Shown: piece after piece, positions 29,201 to 38,566 of the stretch
How the letters are laid out: every line of letters begins with the position of its first letter
Numbering within the stretch: the first letter of the stretch is position 1
Source: Candidatus Thorarchaeota archaeon
Lineage (GTDB): Archaea; Asgardarchaeota; Thorarchaeia; Thorarchaeales; Thorarchaeaceae
DNA: 64,000 bases
Direction of reading: 5' to 3'
Assembly: GCA_048882485.1 (NCBI GenBank)
Contig: JBHLRP010000006.1
Coordinates: 32,001-96,000, forward strand
The notes under the pieces: model-generated
Told to the model about the DNA's origin: nothing
What the model saw: only the letters and a program-made list of their open reading frames with translations
Databases searched by the model: none
Program-made: the position numbers and the translations under genes

Positions 29201-29992
29201 CTACTGTACTAGTAGGCCTAGAGAGTTTATCGAATTGCGAGCCCAATCACTGAGGATGAGAGGTTTCTCTCGTCCAAAGACACGAATAGTTCTGAGGATA
29301 TCAGCGTCAACGAGCCCACTAACATAGTAACTAACGAGGCTCTTGTCAACCGAAAGGGTCCTACTCAGTTCTGCCTGGGTAATTCTACCGTTGCTAGCAC
29401 ATTCTACCAAGATGGAATGAATGGTTGGATTCCTAGAGAATGCAGCCAATCGCAACACGTGATTCTCTGAGGAATAGCCCTTGAGGAACAAATGCCTGGA
29501 ATTACCATTCCTCACTGAAACTATCATGCCTTCATTCTCAAGATTGTTTAGATGGTACTGAAGAGCTCCCATTGCACACCCTATGCTTCTATGTAGTTCT
29601 CTAAGATGAATACCAGGATATGAAGAGATTTCATCAATAACACGATCACGTAGCTTCTCCAACCGTTCTTGGTCTCTTCTTTCAAGGGAGATAGTACCTA
29701 ATGCTAAGATGAAGGATCCTGGCAGAATTGAGTTAGATAGATAATCAATAGAAACGACTGAGGTTCCAATTTGAAACAAAAACGAACTGCAATCAACGGT
29801 TGAAGTATTGTGCAGCCATTGCATACTGGTTTGAAAGTCAATAACCGGCACCGCAGAGGAATCAGAAACCTCCTGAGCAATGATTTGAGTGCCAGTTGGG
29901 CCAAATCCAGAGAGAACTAGGCCAGTCAGACTTGTCGCAAGGAGAAGAAAGGACAGTCCTACTATGAAGTTCCTTAATGTCTTTGAGCCCAT
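29201..29992 (-). CDS. Membrane-associated double winged-HTH transcriptional regulator
   Basis: N-terminal hydrophobic segments; YPGIHLREL...GALQYHL..LE and ITQAELSR.L...KSLVSYYV. Confidence 0.82.
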   Translation of the reverse strand: MGSKTLRNFIVGLSFLLLATSLTGLVLSGFGPTGTQIIAQEVSDSSAVPVIDFQTSMQWLHNTSTVDCSSFLFQIGTSVVSIDYLSNSILPGSFILALGTISLERRDQERLEKLRDRVIDEISSYPGIHLRELHRSIGCAMGALQYHLNNLENEGMIVSVRNGNSRHLFLKGYSSENHVLRLAAFSRNPTIHSILVECASNGRITQAELSRTLSVDKSLVSYYVSGLVDADILRTIRVFGREKPLILSDWARNSINSLGLLVQ

Positions 29993-30074
29993 TGTCTATC
30001 TTCCGCCTGGAATAAAGTTTCTATCAATATCAATTAAGCGATTGGAATGATTAAGGAACGTACTATTTTTTAAC

Positions 30075-30623
30075 TTATCCACGTGCAGGATAAGTGAGGG
30101 TTATCTTGAACCTGCAGGCATCACCCTTGGCAGACATGCATGTCTCTTCCATAATGAGTAGCTTTTCATGCCCCATTCTATTGTAGTCTGTCAGGTACTC
30201 CATCACGGCTTCTATGAATCCTCTGAGGAAGTAGCATGATGGTTCTTCCGCCTCATAACCAGATGCATAGGGATTGTCTTGAATTCGAACAATCGCCTCC
30301 TCATCGAGAAACAGCTTGTACAGGTTCTCAATCTCAACGTCGCCAAATGGCACAATCAGTGTCTTTAGAGCCATTTTGAGAAACTCAACAATTCCCTTGA
30401 AATCGCTTGGGGGCTTTTGATTTGCTACTTTGAAATACTCACGCTGCGCCTCCAGACCAGCCAGTCGTCCAGCGCTGTAATAGAGATCTCTGACACGATC
30501 AGGGAACATTACCTCAATGCGATTTCCAAGCTTATTCCATGTCTTGGCGAAAAACGCTCTCATCAAGTCTTTTTCTTTGACTCGGCTTTGCCACCAAGGA
30601 ATAACAGGATCTCGTTTAGACAT
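30075..30623 (-). CDS. V4R/Bet3-fold protein
   Basis: LYYSAGRLAG, PSCYFLRGFIEA, EETCMSAKGDACRF V4R motif. Confidence 0.82.
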   Translation of the reverse strand: MSKRDPVIPWWQSRVKEKDLMRAFFAKTWNKLGNRIEVMFPDRVRDLYYSAGRLAGLEAQREYFKVANQKPPSDFKGIVEFLKMALKTLIVPFGDVEIENLYKLFLDEEAIVRIQDNPYASGYEAEEPSCYFLRGFIEAVMEYLTDYNRMGHEKLLIMEETCMSAKGDACRFKITLTYPARG

Positions 30624-30683
30624 TGTAGAGTCTCCGAAGCTGGAGGAACGCAAGGGCGGTGTTAAGTGCTTTGCTACGACTTG

Positions 30684-31157
30684 CTAGACAAGACGTATGT
30701 TCCAGGTGCAATTGTCAGCTCCAGTGGCTTTGCATAGCTCTTGGAAGACCTTGGCATCAACACCTTTGAACTCTAGGATTACCTCCAGAATCCCGCTGAA
30801 CGCCTCGCAATAGCCAAATCCTCTCATTCCCTCTAGCGTGATTTCCTGGCACCAAATGCAATCCCTATCAGCGACTCTTATAGAGCCCCGTGCAGATTTC
30901 AGATCCACATCAGTGGGTTTCCGATCAAAAAGCAACCTGTAGATGCCATCTATAAGCTTTGCAACATCCTCGCGGGTCATCACTGTATCCTTTGTCTTTG
31001 ATGCGAGCTCGGTTGTAAGGTAAAGATGAGACCCCATCTCCCTTCCCGTGTCGCGAAGCCGTTGATTAGCCTCATCTATGTTGCTGGTTTCTGATAGGAC
31101 TCTTTCAACCCATTGAGCATAAAGACTTACGAATAGTGGGTTTTCGACTTTTGCCAT
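30684..31157 (-). CDS. Bet3/TRAPP-like V4R protein
   Basis: KVENPLFVSLY...EANQRL...GREMG Bet3-like N-terminus; YCEAFSGIL, QELCKATGADNC. Confidence 0.82.
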   Translation of the reverse strand: MAKVENPLFVSLYAQWVERVLSETSNIDEANQRLRDTGREMGSHLYLTTELASKTKDTVMTREDVAKLIDGIYRLLFDRKPTDVDLKSARGSIRVADRDCIWCQEITLEGMRGFGYCEAFSGILEVILEFKGVDAKVFQELCKATGADNCTWNIRLV

Positions 31158-31181
31158 TTATGTGGACCTCACTCAAGTTGT

Positions 31182-32174
31182 CTAGATAGTCTTGCCAATC
31201 ATGTTGATACCAAACTTCTTGTTGCGAGCGATTGTCTGAATCACTTCAGCATTTTGAATGCCTAGTAGTTCTGCGATTTCCTCAGTAGTCCTACTGCCAT
31301 CACAGAGTCTCAATATCTCAAGATCCTCCCCTTTGGCCTTGGACAAGTCTCCGATAAACTTGGGACACTTCACAAATCGACCCATCGTGTCCTCAGAAAC
31401 AGCTACGGTTTCTTCATCACACAACGGAGCCTCCACCATACCCTTTGATGCAGCCCACTTGATAAGTTCAGCAACTCTCTCATTTGGCTGAAACATTGAA
31501 TCAGCAATTCCTGCAACTGTAGCAGAACCATCCACTAACATCAGTACATCAAAGCCGAAGTTCCCATGCACCTGCTTCATTTCATTGTGTAGATCTGAAT
31601 CCAGATTGAGGGCATCTCCGTAACTTGGACCTCGCTTCGGAATTGTAGTGGGCTGTACATTGAATGCTTCTGGAGGCTTGGCCGCTTCTTCTGCAATATG
31701 TTCGGGCTTTGTCTCAATCAGATCCTCAGGTTCCGGCACTACAAACTCAGGCTCACTAGCTTCAGGTGTCGTTGATGCCGCTTGCATTGCTATGCTTTCG
31801 AGTACTTTCAGGTTGGATTCTGCTGATTCCTCAAATTCATCAGGCGGCGGCGGAAGCTCAATGCCCTCCAATAATCTTAGAACATTCTTAGTCTTGGCAA
31901 TAGCAAGGCCAAGCTGCAACTCCGTGACATAAAGAACAGTCAGTATCCAATTCAAATCAACGGGAGAGAGGACCACTAGACCTCGGTCCGTGTCGATTGT
32001 CATGAGGCGCAAATCGGTCTTGTATAGATTGATGCTATCCCTGACTCTAGGGAATAGCTCTGAAGGAAAAGAGAAGCTCACAAACGGCCTGCCGGCTTTC
32101 GTCATCAGCGAATAGCCGAGCACCTGTTCATCGAATCTCAGTTTTGCGAGGGCTCTTTCCAAATCGCTGCTCAT
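31182..32174 (-). CDS. Roadblock/profilin-like N-domain protein with Pro/Glu linker and two wHTH-like domains
   Basis: VLGYSLMTKAGRPF..QLGLA; MLVDGSATVAGIA and LCDGSRTTEEIA; paralog of 34117-35100. Confidence 0.7.
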   Translation of the reverse strand: MSSDLERALAKLRFDEQVLGYSLMTKAGRPFVSFSFPSELFPRVRDSINLYKTDLRLMTIDTDRGLVVLSPVDLNWILTVLYVTELQLGLAIAKTKNVLRLLEGIELPPPPDEFEESAESNLKVLESIAMQAASTTPEASEPEFVVPEPEDLIETKPEHIAEEAAKPPEAFNVQPTTIPKRGPSYGDALNLDSDLHNEMKQVHGNFGFDVLMLVDGSATVAGIADSMFQPNERVAELIKWAASKGMVEAPLCDEETVAVSEDTMGRFVKCPKFIGDLSKAKGEDLEILRLCDGSRTTEEIAELLGIQNAEVIQTIARNKKFGINMIGKTI

Positions 32175-32399
32175 ATTTGCACCTCTATACCGTTTTAGAC
32201 CAATCTAGGCTTGCCTCTGCTGGTTTCCATCGGTGGTGGTCTGAAAAGCATTGTGGTTTTGCAAAGAGAGAATTCGTTGACAACTCAATGATTCCCATAG
32301 CTCTGATATAATACGGCCAATTGAATCCGAATCTAGGAAACCGTTAAGAGGGTCATTTATACGCCAAAGCACGACTCGAGGATATCAAGAGGCCACATC

Positions 32400-33038
32400 A
32401 TGAGAAATATGTTGGGTGGACTGCTGGCGGCAATCATTGGTTCGTGGCTACTGGTGTTCATTTTGAATCTGAGCCAGCCAGCCTATCCGCAAGAACTGAT
32501 ATTCCTGTGGGGGCTTCTTACAGGCAGTCAATACTTGAGTCACACCTACACCCTTCTTTCAGATCCTTTTGCTCTCGTATCGTATTCTGCTGTATGGGTA
32601 ATCATGGGTTTTATTATAGCTCCATTCTCGAAGTCTGGATGGAATTCAGTTAGAACTGCAGTCTGGACAGGTGTATGGGTCAGTGTTTGGGCATTGACCT
32701 CAATCCTCCTTTTGGATCCTGCTTTTTGGAGCGATCCAAATCGCAACTGGAGCCTTCTCATATTGTTGACATCAACGATAATGACTGCTAGTATCTCACT
32801 TTTGTCAGCATACCCAGCAGCTAGAATCATTCGACTAGCTTCTCGCGAGAGAGAGCTACCAATCCCGGAGAAGATAGAAACTAGATGCCAGTGTGGAGCG
32901 GTGTTCAAGTCAAAACCCATTGTGTGTTCTGAATGTGGTAGGACACTCCATAATGAGCGCACAATTGACGATAATGCCTACTTATCGTTCTCTGGTGATG
33001 CCTCCCCCGAGGATACCACCGACTACAGCAGCAATTGA
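32400..33038 (+). CDS. Membrane protein with C-terminal zinc ribbon
   Basis: 4 TM helices then CQCG...CSECG. Confidence 0.75.
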   Translation: MRNMLGGLLAAIIGSWLLVFILNLSQPAYPQELIFLWGLLTGSQYLSHTYTLLSDPFALVSYSAVWVIMGFIIAPFSKSGWNSVRTAVWTGVWVSVWALTSILLLDPAFWSDPNRNWSLLILLTSTIMTASISLLSAYPAARIIRLASRERELPIPEKIETRCQCGAVFKSKPIVCSECGRTLHNERTIDDNAYLSFSGDASPEDTTDYSSN

Positions 33039-33500
33039 ACTGTAGATTGATCCATAGAGCACTTTTTCAAGGAGATACATGGAAGGACCTCCAAATAGAG
33101 CCATGATATTAAAATCAGGCTGGATTGCAAAAACAAGCAACCATGTCAAAAACGCTCCAGCTATCACAGCGAATAGAGCAGCAAGAATCCCTGAAAGAAT
33201 GTCGCGAGCAAAAAGACCAGCCATTAGACCGCCAGTCCCCCATGCAAGCGCCATCAAGACGGTCCCGCCTTGTGCACCGGTTCCAAGAATGGCTCCAAGA
33301 CTTTCCATGCCAACAGGTGCAGGATATAACACAGTTGAAACAACTGCGAGCCGCAACTCCAAATCGGTATAGGATAGGAAATCGCCGACAATAGTCGACG
33401 AGATGAGATCTTCAGGCATGATTCCACCAAACGTCAATATGACGAAGGCGATTGCAAAGGCAGTGATTAAGCCTACAAACGTGCCAAGAAGCTGACCCAA
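32982..33500 (-). CDS. Gly-rich multi-pass membrane protein (start uncertain)
   Basis: Hydrophobic helices with GxxxG patterns; TTG start with GGAGG RBS near 33500. Confidence 0.7.
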   Translation of the reverse strand: MGQLLGTFVGLITAFAIAFVILTFGGIMPEDLISSTIVGDFLSYTDLELRLAVVSTVLYPAPVGMESLGAILGTGAQGGTVLMALAWGTGGLMAGLFARDILSGILAALFAVIAGAFLTWLLVFAIQPDFNIMALFGGPSMYLLEKVLYGSIYSSIAAVVGGILGGGITRER

Positions 33501-33607
33501 GCGCGGTCCTCCGATATGTCTACTATGCTCTTCTTGATTCGTGCTTTTATATACATATGCGCGACGGCACGGCAAAATTGCCTAGATTCGTGTCGCAATC
33601 GGTAATT

Positions 33608-34114
33608 TTATGGATATTTCCTCAGAGTCCAGGTACAGGCATCATCACCTAGTGCTTTGCAGGATTCTTGGAAGCTATCAGCCTTGAATCCTCTAAGCTC
33701 CATGACAGCGTCAAATACTCCGGAGACAATATTGCAGTATTGTAGGCCAGGCATATCGCTGACCTCAACTCCGGCACATATTGGACAATCATCATCCGTG
33801 AACTTAATGGTGTTCTTGTCGTCGCTGACCCAAATGTCTGTGAACTCTTGGCCAGAATTGACCTTGTATGCCAATCCAAGAGTGTTGGCGAACTCGTGAA
33901 ACTGGCCTGCGTGTTGCCGAATTCTATCGGCGTAGTCCATTAACAGAGTTTCACCCACCTTGAACCCAATCTGCTTCATCTTGCGATTGATTTCTTCCAC
34001 ACTCTCGCTACTCGCCATAAGTAAATTCATCATCTCTCTATAACTCGCTTGGAATAGAACCTTAGAGACCTTATCGGTCATGAATGACCAAGCAATCTTG
34101 CCTTTGATTCCCAT
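33608..34114 (-). CDS. Bet3/TRAPP-like V4R protein
   Basis: KVSKVLFQASY.....SVEEINRKMKQIGFKVGETLLMDY matches the Bet3 (TRAPPC3) N-terminal pattern; LQYCNIVSGV, QESCKALGDDAC. Confidence 0.85.
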   Translation of the reverse strand: MGIKGKIAWSFMTDKVSKVLFQASYREMMNLLMASSESVEEINRKMKQIGFKVGETLLMDYADRIRQHAGQFHEFANTLGLAYKVNSGQEFTDIWVSDDKNTIKFTDDDCPICAGVEVSDMPGLQYCNIVSGVFDAVMELRGFKADSFQESCKALGDDACTWTLRKYP

Positions 34115-34116
34115 TA

Positions 34117-35100
34117 TTATGACACCTCTGGTTCAGTGTCCATCTTCTTGCTTTTGCGTATGAAACGTAGCGTTTTGCCACGATAGGGAAGTATGCTCTG
34201 CAGAGCCTGGAAGTATGGAATACCAAGTTCGTGGGATATATCCTGAAGAGAGCGATTTCCATCACATAGAGACAGAAGATCTCGATGTTCTTTCTTTGCT
34301 TTCTTTAATTCGCCCTCAAAGATTGGCAGCTCAATAATCTCAACGGCGCCAGTTTCTTGCGTATCAGGACACTCCACTCGAACTATCTTTCTGGGTACAC
34401 ACCAGCGAATTACTCCAAGCGCTTCTTCGACTCCACGGCCAAGACTCTCAGCAATCTTGAAGATTGTCCGTTTCTCATCAGCCATCAGCAGGATATCGAT
34501 TCCAATATTTGCAAATCTGGCTTTGATTTCTTTGTTGAGATCGGATTCAAGAGTCATCGTTTCATTATACTTCTCTCCACGAAAGACAACACAACCATGC
34601 CTAATCTCTACTTCCGGTTCTGCTATAGCAGGTTCAACCTCAGCTACTGGCTTCAGCTCTGTTTCAGGCAATTCTGGTTCGATAACAGTTTCTGCAGCCA
34701 TAGTTCTCGCGGACTCCTCTACTTGAACTCGGAGAGGCGGCTCTGGTTGTGGAACAGGAGTAGGCGGTGGAGGTAGAATGACACTTTTCATCAGGTTGAT
34801 TACTTCCGTTGCCTTCTGAAGAGCCACTCCAAGCTGCAAGTCTGGCAGGAAAAGTACTGCAAGTACCCAATTCCCATCTACTCTAGACAGGATGACTGTG
34901 CCTTCTCCTGTCATGACATTCATCATCTTCAAAGAGTCTGAATGAATCCGCATAGCACCTTGTATTTGTGGAAGAACCTCATCAGGAAGAGAAAATGAGA
35001 GAAATGGCTGACCATCGTTCGTGATTAGAGCGTATCCGCTGACAGTATCATCAAATTTGAGTTTGGTCAAAACACGCTCTAATTCCAAGAAGACGTACAC
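34117..35100 (-). CDS. Roadblock/profilin-like N-domain protein with Pro/Glu linker and wHTH-like domains
   Basis: VSGYALITNDGQPFLSFS..QLGVA; LCDGNRSLQDIS; paralog of 31182-32174. Confidence 0.7.
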   Translation of the reverse strand: MYVFLELERVLTKLKFDDTVSGYALITNDGQPFLSFSLPDEVLPQIQGAMRIHSDSLKMMNVMTGEGTVILSRVDGNWVLAVLFLPDLQLGVALQKATEVINLMKSVILPPPPTPVPQPEPPLRVQVEESARTMAAETVIEPELPETELKPVAEVEPAIAEPEVEIRHGCVVFRGEKYNETMTLESDLNKEIKARFANIGIDILLMADEKRTIFKIAESLGRGVEEALGVIRWCVPRKIVRVECPDTQETGAVEIIELPIFEGELKKAKKEHRDLLSLCDGNRSLQDISHELGIPYFQALQSILPYRGKTLRFIRKSKKMDTEPEVS

Positions 35101-35130
35101 CTATTTTCCATTTGTAGTTGCTCGAAAGTA

Positions 35131-36249
35131 TCAAACACGGTTAACAAGTCTTTCGCCGAGAGACTCAAGGCTGGGTTCGGAACGAAGAAAAGCTATTGTT
35201 TCCGCACGGGTGGGGTGGGAGGCGTCCACAGAAGAAACGTATTGTGATGCGACTGCATTAGCAAGTGATAGTCGGTCGAAGTCCTCCAGTTTCTGAAGTG
35301 TGCCAAAGATGTCCCCTGCATTCCATGCATCTCCAGCCCCACATATAATCCGACTTACCACGTTAAATGTAGGAACCACAGTGAGTTTGTCATCCATGAT
35401 TGAAGCAGTGAAATGTTGGGTATGCAGATCAATCCTTGTTCCTGTTTCTGTTGATACCAACTTGGCGGCGGAGAGCCAGTGCTCAGGTTCTGAAGAAAGA
35501 TGTTCCCAATGGCTGCTCTTTCCACTGATAGCCCATGCAAACCAACGAGCTTCATTCTCATTCAGACTCACAATGTCAACCAAGCCCTCACCCAAGATGT
35601 TCCTAGCTAGCGGTTCAACTATATCCAAATTACCTGATGGGTCACCAACATCCATGAATCTGATGGCCTTGGAGGAGGCTCCAACCATCTCAAAAAGGTC
35701 ATGTGCAAGTTCAGGTGCATTAGGATTGTGGTTCAAGTTAAGTAGAGCGACTAGATTACTTGCTTGGATTGCTGACAAATCCCTCTCGGTGAGGTCTGAG
35801 AATGAGAACTCTGCAGCAGAGCCACTATCACTCACCATTAGATTCACTCGTCTACCCTCATGTTCAAGCTCTATTGATACTGTTGAAGATAATCTGCCGT
35901 CGGTGTGAACATGACTGAGATCAAGGTCGGAACTAACGAGTGTTGGAAGAATCGCTGAACCATAATCATCTGTCGTGATGATTAGCACAGGATTCAGACC
36001 AAGCGCTAGAAGGGCTGATGCGGTGTTTACAGAGTTGCCCCCTCGACGTAGGAACTGCTTGTTGCCTAGTAGATTTCCTCCACCCTGCTTCGCCAATGCT
36101 GTCAGACCTTTAATGAACTCATCAAATTGCCCTGCAATAACAAAATGATCAACATAGAAGTCTGGCAGAATTACAGGTCGTCCCACATCAATTGGCGTTT
36201 CCAGAGCTTTGATGAGCCGGTTGTACTCCAGCTCTATCGCCTCCATCAA
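35131..36249 (-). CDS. PfkB family carbohydrate kinase
   Basis: GGNSVNTASAL, SLNENEA, CGAGDAWNAG. Confidence 0.88.
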   Translation of the reverse strand: MMEAIELEYNRLIKALETPIDVGRPVILPDFYVDHFVIAGQFDEFIKGLTALAKQGGGNLLGNKQFLRRGGNSVNTASALLALGLNPVLIITTDDYGSAILPTLVSSDLDLSHVHTDGRLSSTVSIELEHEGRRVNLMVSDSGSAAEFSFSDLTERDLSAIQASNLVALLNLNHNPNAPELAHDLFEMVGASSKAIRFMDVGDPSGNLDIVEPLARNILGEGLVDIVSLNENEARWFAWAISGKSSHWEHLSSEPEHWLSAAKLVSTETGTRIDLHTQHFTASIMDDKLTVVPTFNVVSRIICGAGDAWNAGDIFGTLQKLEDFDRLSLANAVASQYVSSVDASHPTRAETIAFLRSEPSLESLGERLVNRV

Positions 36250-36264
36250 TGAACTGATGCAACA

Positions 36265-36729
36265 TCAGATCTTCTTTAATGCAGCCTTCACCATGGCTGT
36301 GATTCGGTTTTCATCAATGCCCGTTTTCTTGGCCACTTTATCAATCTCACAATATGCCAAATCGGATAATGACTTTATGCCAGCCTCTACTAGCTTCTGT
36401 GCCTCATCCTTTTTGACCGCTCGTAGTGATGACAGCTCTTCTACCGCCTTGTCATCTTTCTTTGTCCTTTTCGGCTTGGCTACTTCAATCTTGGTCATCT
36501 GAGCAACAAGTTCATCGAGGTCCTTGATATACTGCTTTAAAGCTTCCACGTTCTCTTCATGGGTCGTCTTCCGTCTGACATCTATTATGAGGCCCATCCG
36601 GCGTGCCTCTTCAATCGCCAGTCCAGCCTTCTTTGTTTCATCAATACTAAAACCTCGTCCGCGCCGTGGATCTGCTTTGCTAGGCGACTTAACGAGGGGT
36701 TCTGCTGCTATTTCAAAGGTCAAGGACAA
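36265..36729 (-). CDS. rpl13e: 50S ribosomal protein L13e with C-terminal HhH-like extension
   Basis: RRGRGFSIDE.KKAGL....ARRMGLIIDVRRKT.HEENVEAL; tail EAQKLVEAGIKSLSDLA. Confidence 0.9.
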   Translation of the reverse strand: MSLTFEIAAEPLVKSPSKADPRRGRGFSIDETKKAGLAIEEARRMGLIIDVRRKTTHEENVEALKQYIKDLDELVAQMTKIEVAKPKRTKKDDKAVEELSSLRAVKKDEAQKLVEAGIKSLSDLAYCEIDKVAKKTGIDENRITAMVKAALKKI

Positions 36730-36759
36730 TCACCAAATTCGGCACGCCAGCCTGAGGAC

Positions 36760-36816
36760 TACTTATTAGGCTTTCGAGATGGCAAGAGTCTGCATATTCG
36801 TGTACGCTAATAGGCA
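36760..36816 (+). repeat. Cassette site 1 (core A + right unit B')
   Basis: TACTTATTAG-GCTTT-CGAGATGGCA agagtc TGCATATTCG-TGTACG-CTAATAGGCA. Confidence 0.92.
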
Positions 36817-36987
36817 AATTAGTTTTCGAGGGATTTTAATGGTGCATAGATTATACAAAGAAGTACTCAATCGTAGATATATGAACCATTCATCACAAGC
36901 GTTATGGCAAGCACTCTCTGTTGCTAAAAGGATGCCCCCACCTACCAAACTAACTTCTCAATGGATATTGAGATAAGAGCGATGGTT

Positions 36988-37818
36988 CTATTCAAACTTT
37001 TCAAACTTATCTTTAGGCAATTTTGAAGACCGAAGCAAACCTTTCTGTTTCTCAATCTTCTCCTCTTGCTCATCTGAAGGTCGTATCAAACGTTTCTGCT
37101 CATCAATCTTCAACCTTCGCTCTTCAGTGAGTCTTGTTGGATCAATCTTCCCTTCACGAAGTATCTCCTTGAATTCATCGATGAGGTAATCCTTGATTGT
37201 GCAAAGTGAGCCACTTTCATACCTATCGCATTCTCGGATCATATCTGGAAAATAGTAAAAGCTTTCCCTCATCAAATAATGTATCGCCATGTCATCATCA
37301 TAATAGTCTGGTTCTTTTTCAAGAACAAACAAGTAATATTCCTCTATTATATGGACATCGAGAATATCATCACTATATGCAATCTTCTTTGGATACGATT
37401 TCGCATACTCCTTCAGGATACAGAAATCAACATCAGTCATAATAGAAGCGATATGTTCTGCTATAGACTTCTTCACAGTGCGAATAATACTCAACTGGCT
37501 ATCCAATGCCCCATCTTGAATGCGTTCTTTCAATTCAGCATCATAGATCCAATATCTAGAGAATTCAACTAGTCCTTCAAGTTCATCTTGAATCTTTGAC
37601 GGTAATTTCGAGAAGCTAGGAAAGGTTCTGAGAGCAAAGAATGAAGGTCCAGCCTTTTCATACTGCTCCTGTATCCCACGGTTCGTAGTCTTCTCATGTC
37701 GATTTCGATCAATCTTCTCGAGAATTGTGAGAATCGTACTAATCGAGTGGTCTTCATCTTTCGACTCTCGTGTTGGCGAGATTACACCTCTGTTGTCATC
37801 ATCGCTAATCTAATCCAA
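36988..37818 (-). pseudogene. Cassette 1 hypothetical protein; frame extends well upstream of the called TTG and contains one TAG
   Basis: ORF 36988-37533 frame stays open to 37809, preceded by TTG GAT TAG (TAG at 37810-37812). Confidence 0.5.
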
Positions 37819-37956
37819 CCCCCTGTACAAACGAGAAGTGCTCTACGATTTATGTCTTCCCAGCTCAGATGTGTTGCAATATCAACTCTGGTAGTATTAT
37901 ATGATATGTTAAAAGTGGAAGACAGAAGGGAGTTGCCAAACAGATTTATTCAGATG

Positions 37957-38013
37957 CGCGTTTAAGTATATATTAGTTGGCAGGAGTTCGCCTATTAGGC
38001 TTTCGAGATGGCA
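37957..38013 (+). repeat. Cassette site 2 (left unit B + core A)
   Basis: CGCGTTTAAG-TATATA-TTAGTTGGCA ggagtt CGCCTATTAG-GCTTT-CGAGATGGCA, then a partial B' arm CGCCGTTAG. Confidence 0.92.
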
Positions 38014-38041
38014 AGGAATCGCCGTTAGTTCATAGTGATTA

Positions 38042-38242
38042 CTAGCGTTTCATTGACAGGACAAGTGCCTCTGTCAATACTCCTAGAGCAAAGAGAGCAG
38101 CCAGAGGGAGAATGACGAATATGAAGGGGACTTCAGGGCTCATACCTGGAGGGTGAATGTCCAGAAGTATGAACACTATAGTAGCCACTATCAGAATGCC
38201 AGAGATCAGAATTAACTTTCTGGGTCTACTCATGGAGTCCAA
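38042..38242 (-). CDS. Cassette 2: small two-TM membrane protein
   Basis: 66 aa, two hydrophobic helices; similar to ORF 42381-42611. Confidence 0.7.
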   Translation of the reverse strand: MDSMSRPRKLILISGILIVATIVFILLDIHPPGMSPEVPFIFVILPLAALFALGVLTEALVLSMKR

Positions 38243-38341
38243 TTGATTTCCCTGTAGCCTTCACTCTTTGTACACATATGCTTTTGGACAACTCACAGTT
38301 CACTACGAAGAAGACTATCATTCGGAGCCTTTACTTAGATA

Positions 38342-38430
38342 GGCGTTTAAGTATATACTAGGAGGCAAAAGGCCGCTTATTAGGCTTTCGAGATGGCAAT
38401 GAAATGCGTATTATGTAGGAGTGACTGGCA
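38342..38430 (+). repeat. Cassette site 3 (B + A + B')
   Basis: GGCGTTTAAG-TATATA-CTAGGAGGCA aaaggc CGCTTATTAG-GCTTT-CGAGATGGCA atgaaa TGCGTATTAT-GTAGGA-GTGACTGGCA. Confidence 0.92.
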
Positions 38431-38566
38431 TTGACTGAGGCCGTTTGCTTTCCTGTAATACCTCCAGAACGAGCACTACCACCTGTGCTTGAGGATAGCA
38501 TTGCACGTTTGTGAATGAATCACATGACGCTCATTCTTGATTCTGAGTTTCTTGCCTATTAGTGGT

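Noticed and set aside
37957-37982. Unit B as the chromosomal dif site
   Set aside because: TAA-GTATATA-TTA loosely recalls bacterial dif, but it is one of many variable copies and lacks the XerD-type arm; kept only as a hint of tyrosine-recombinase involvement
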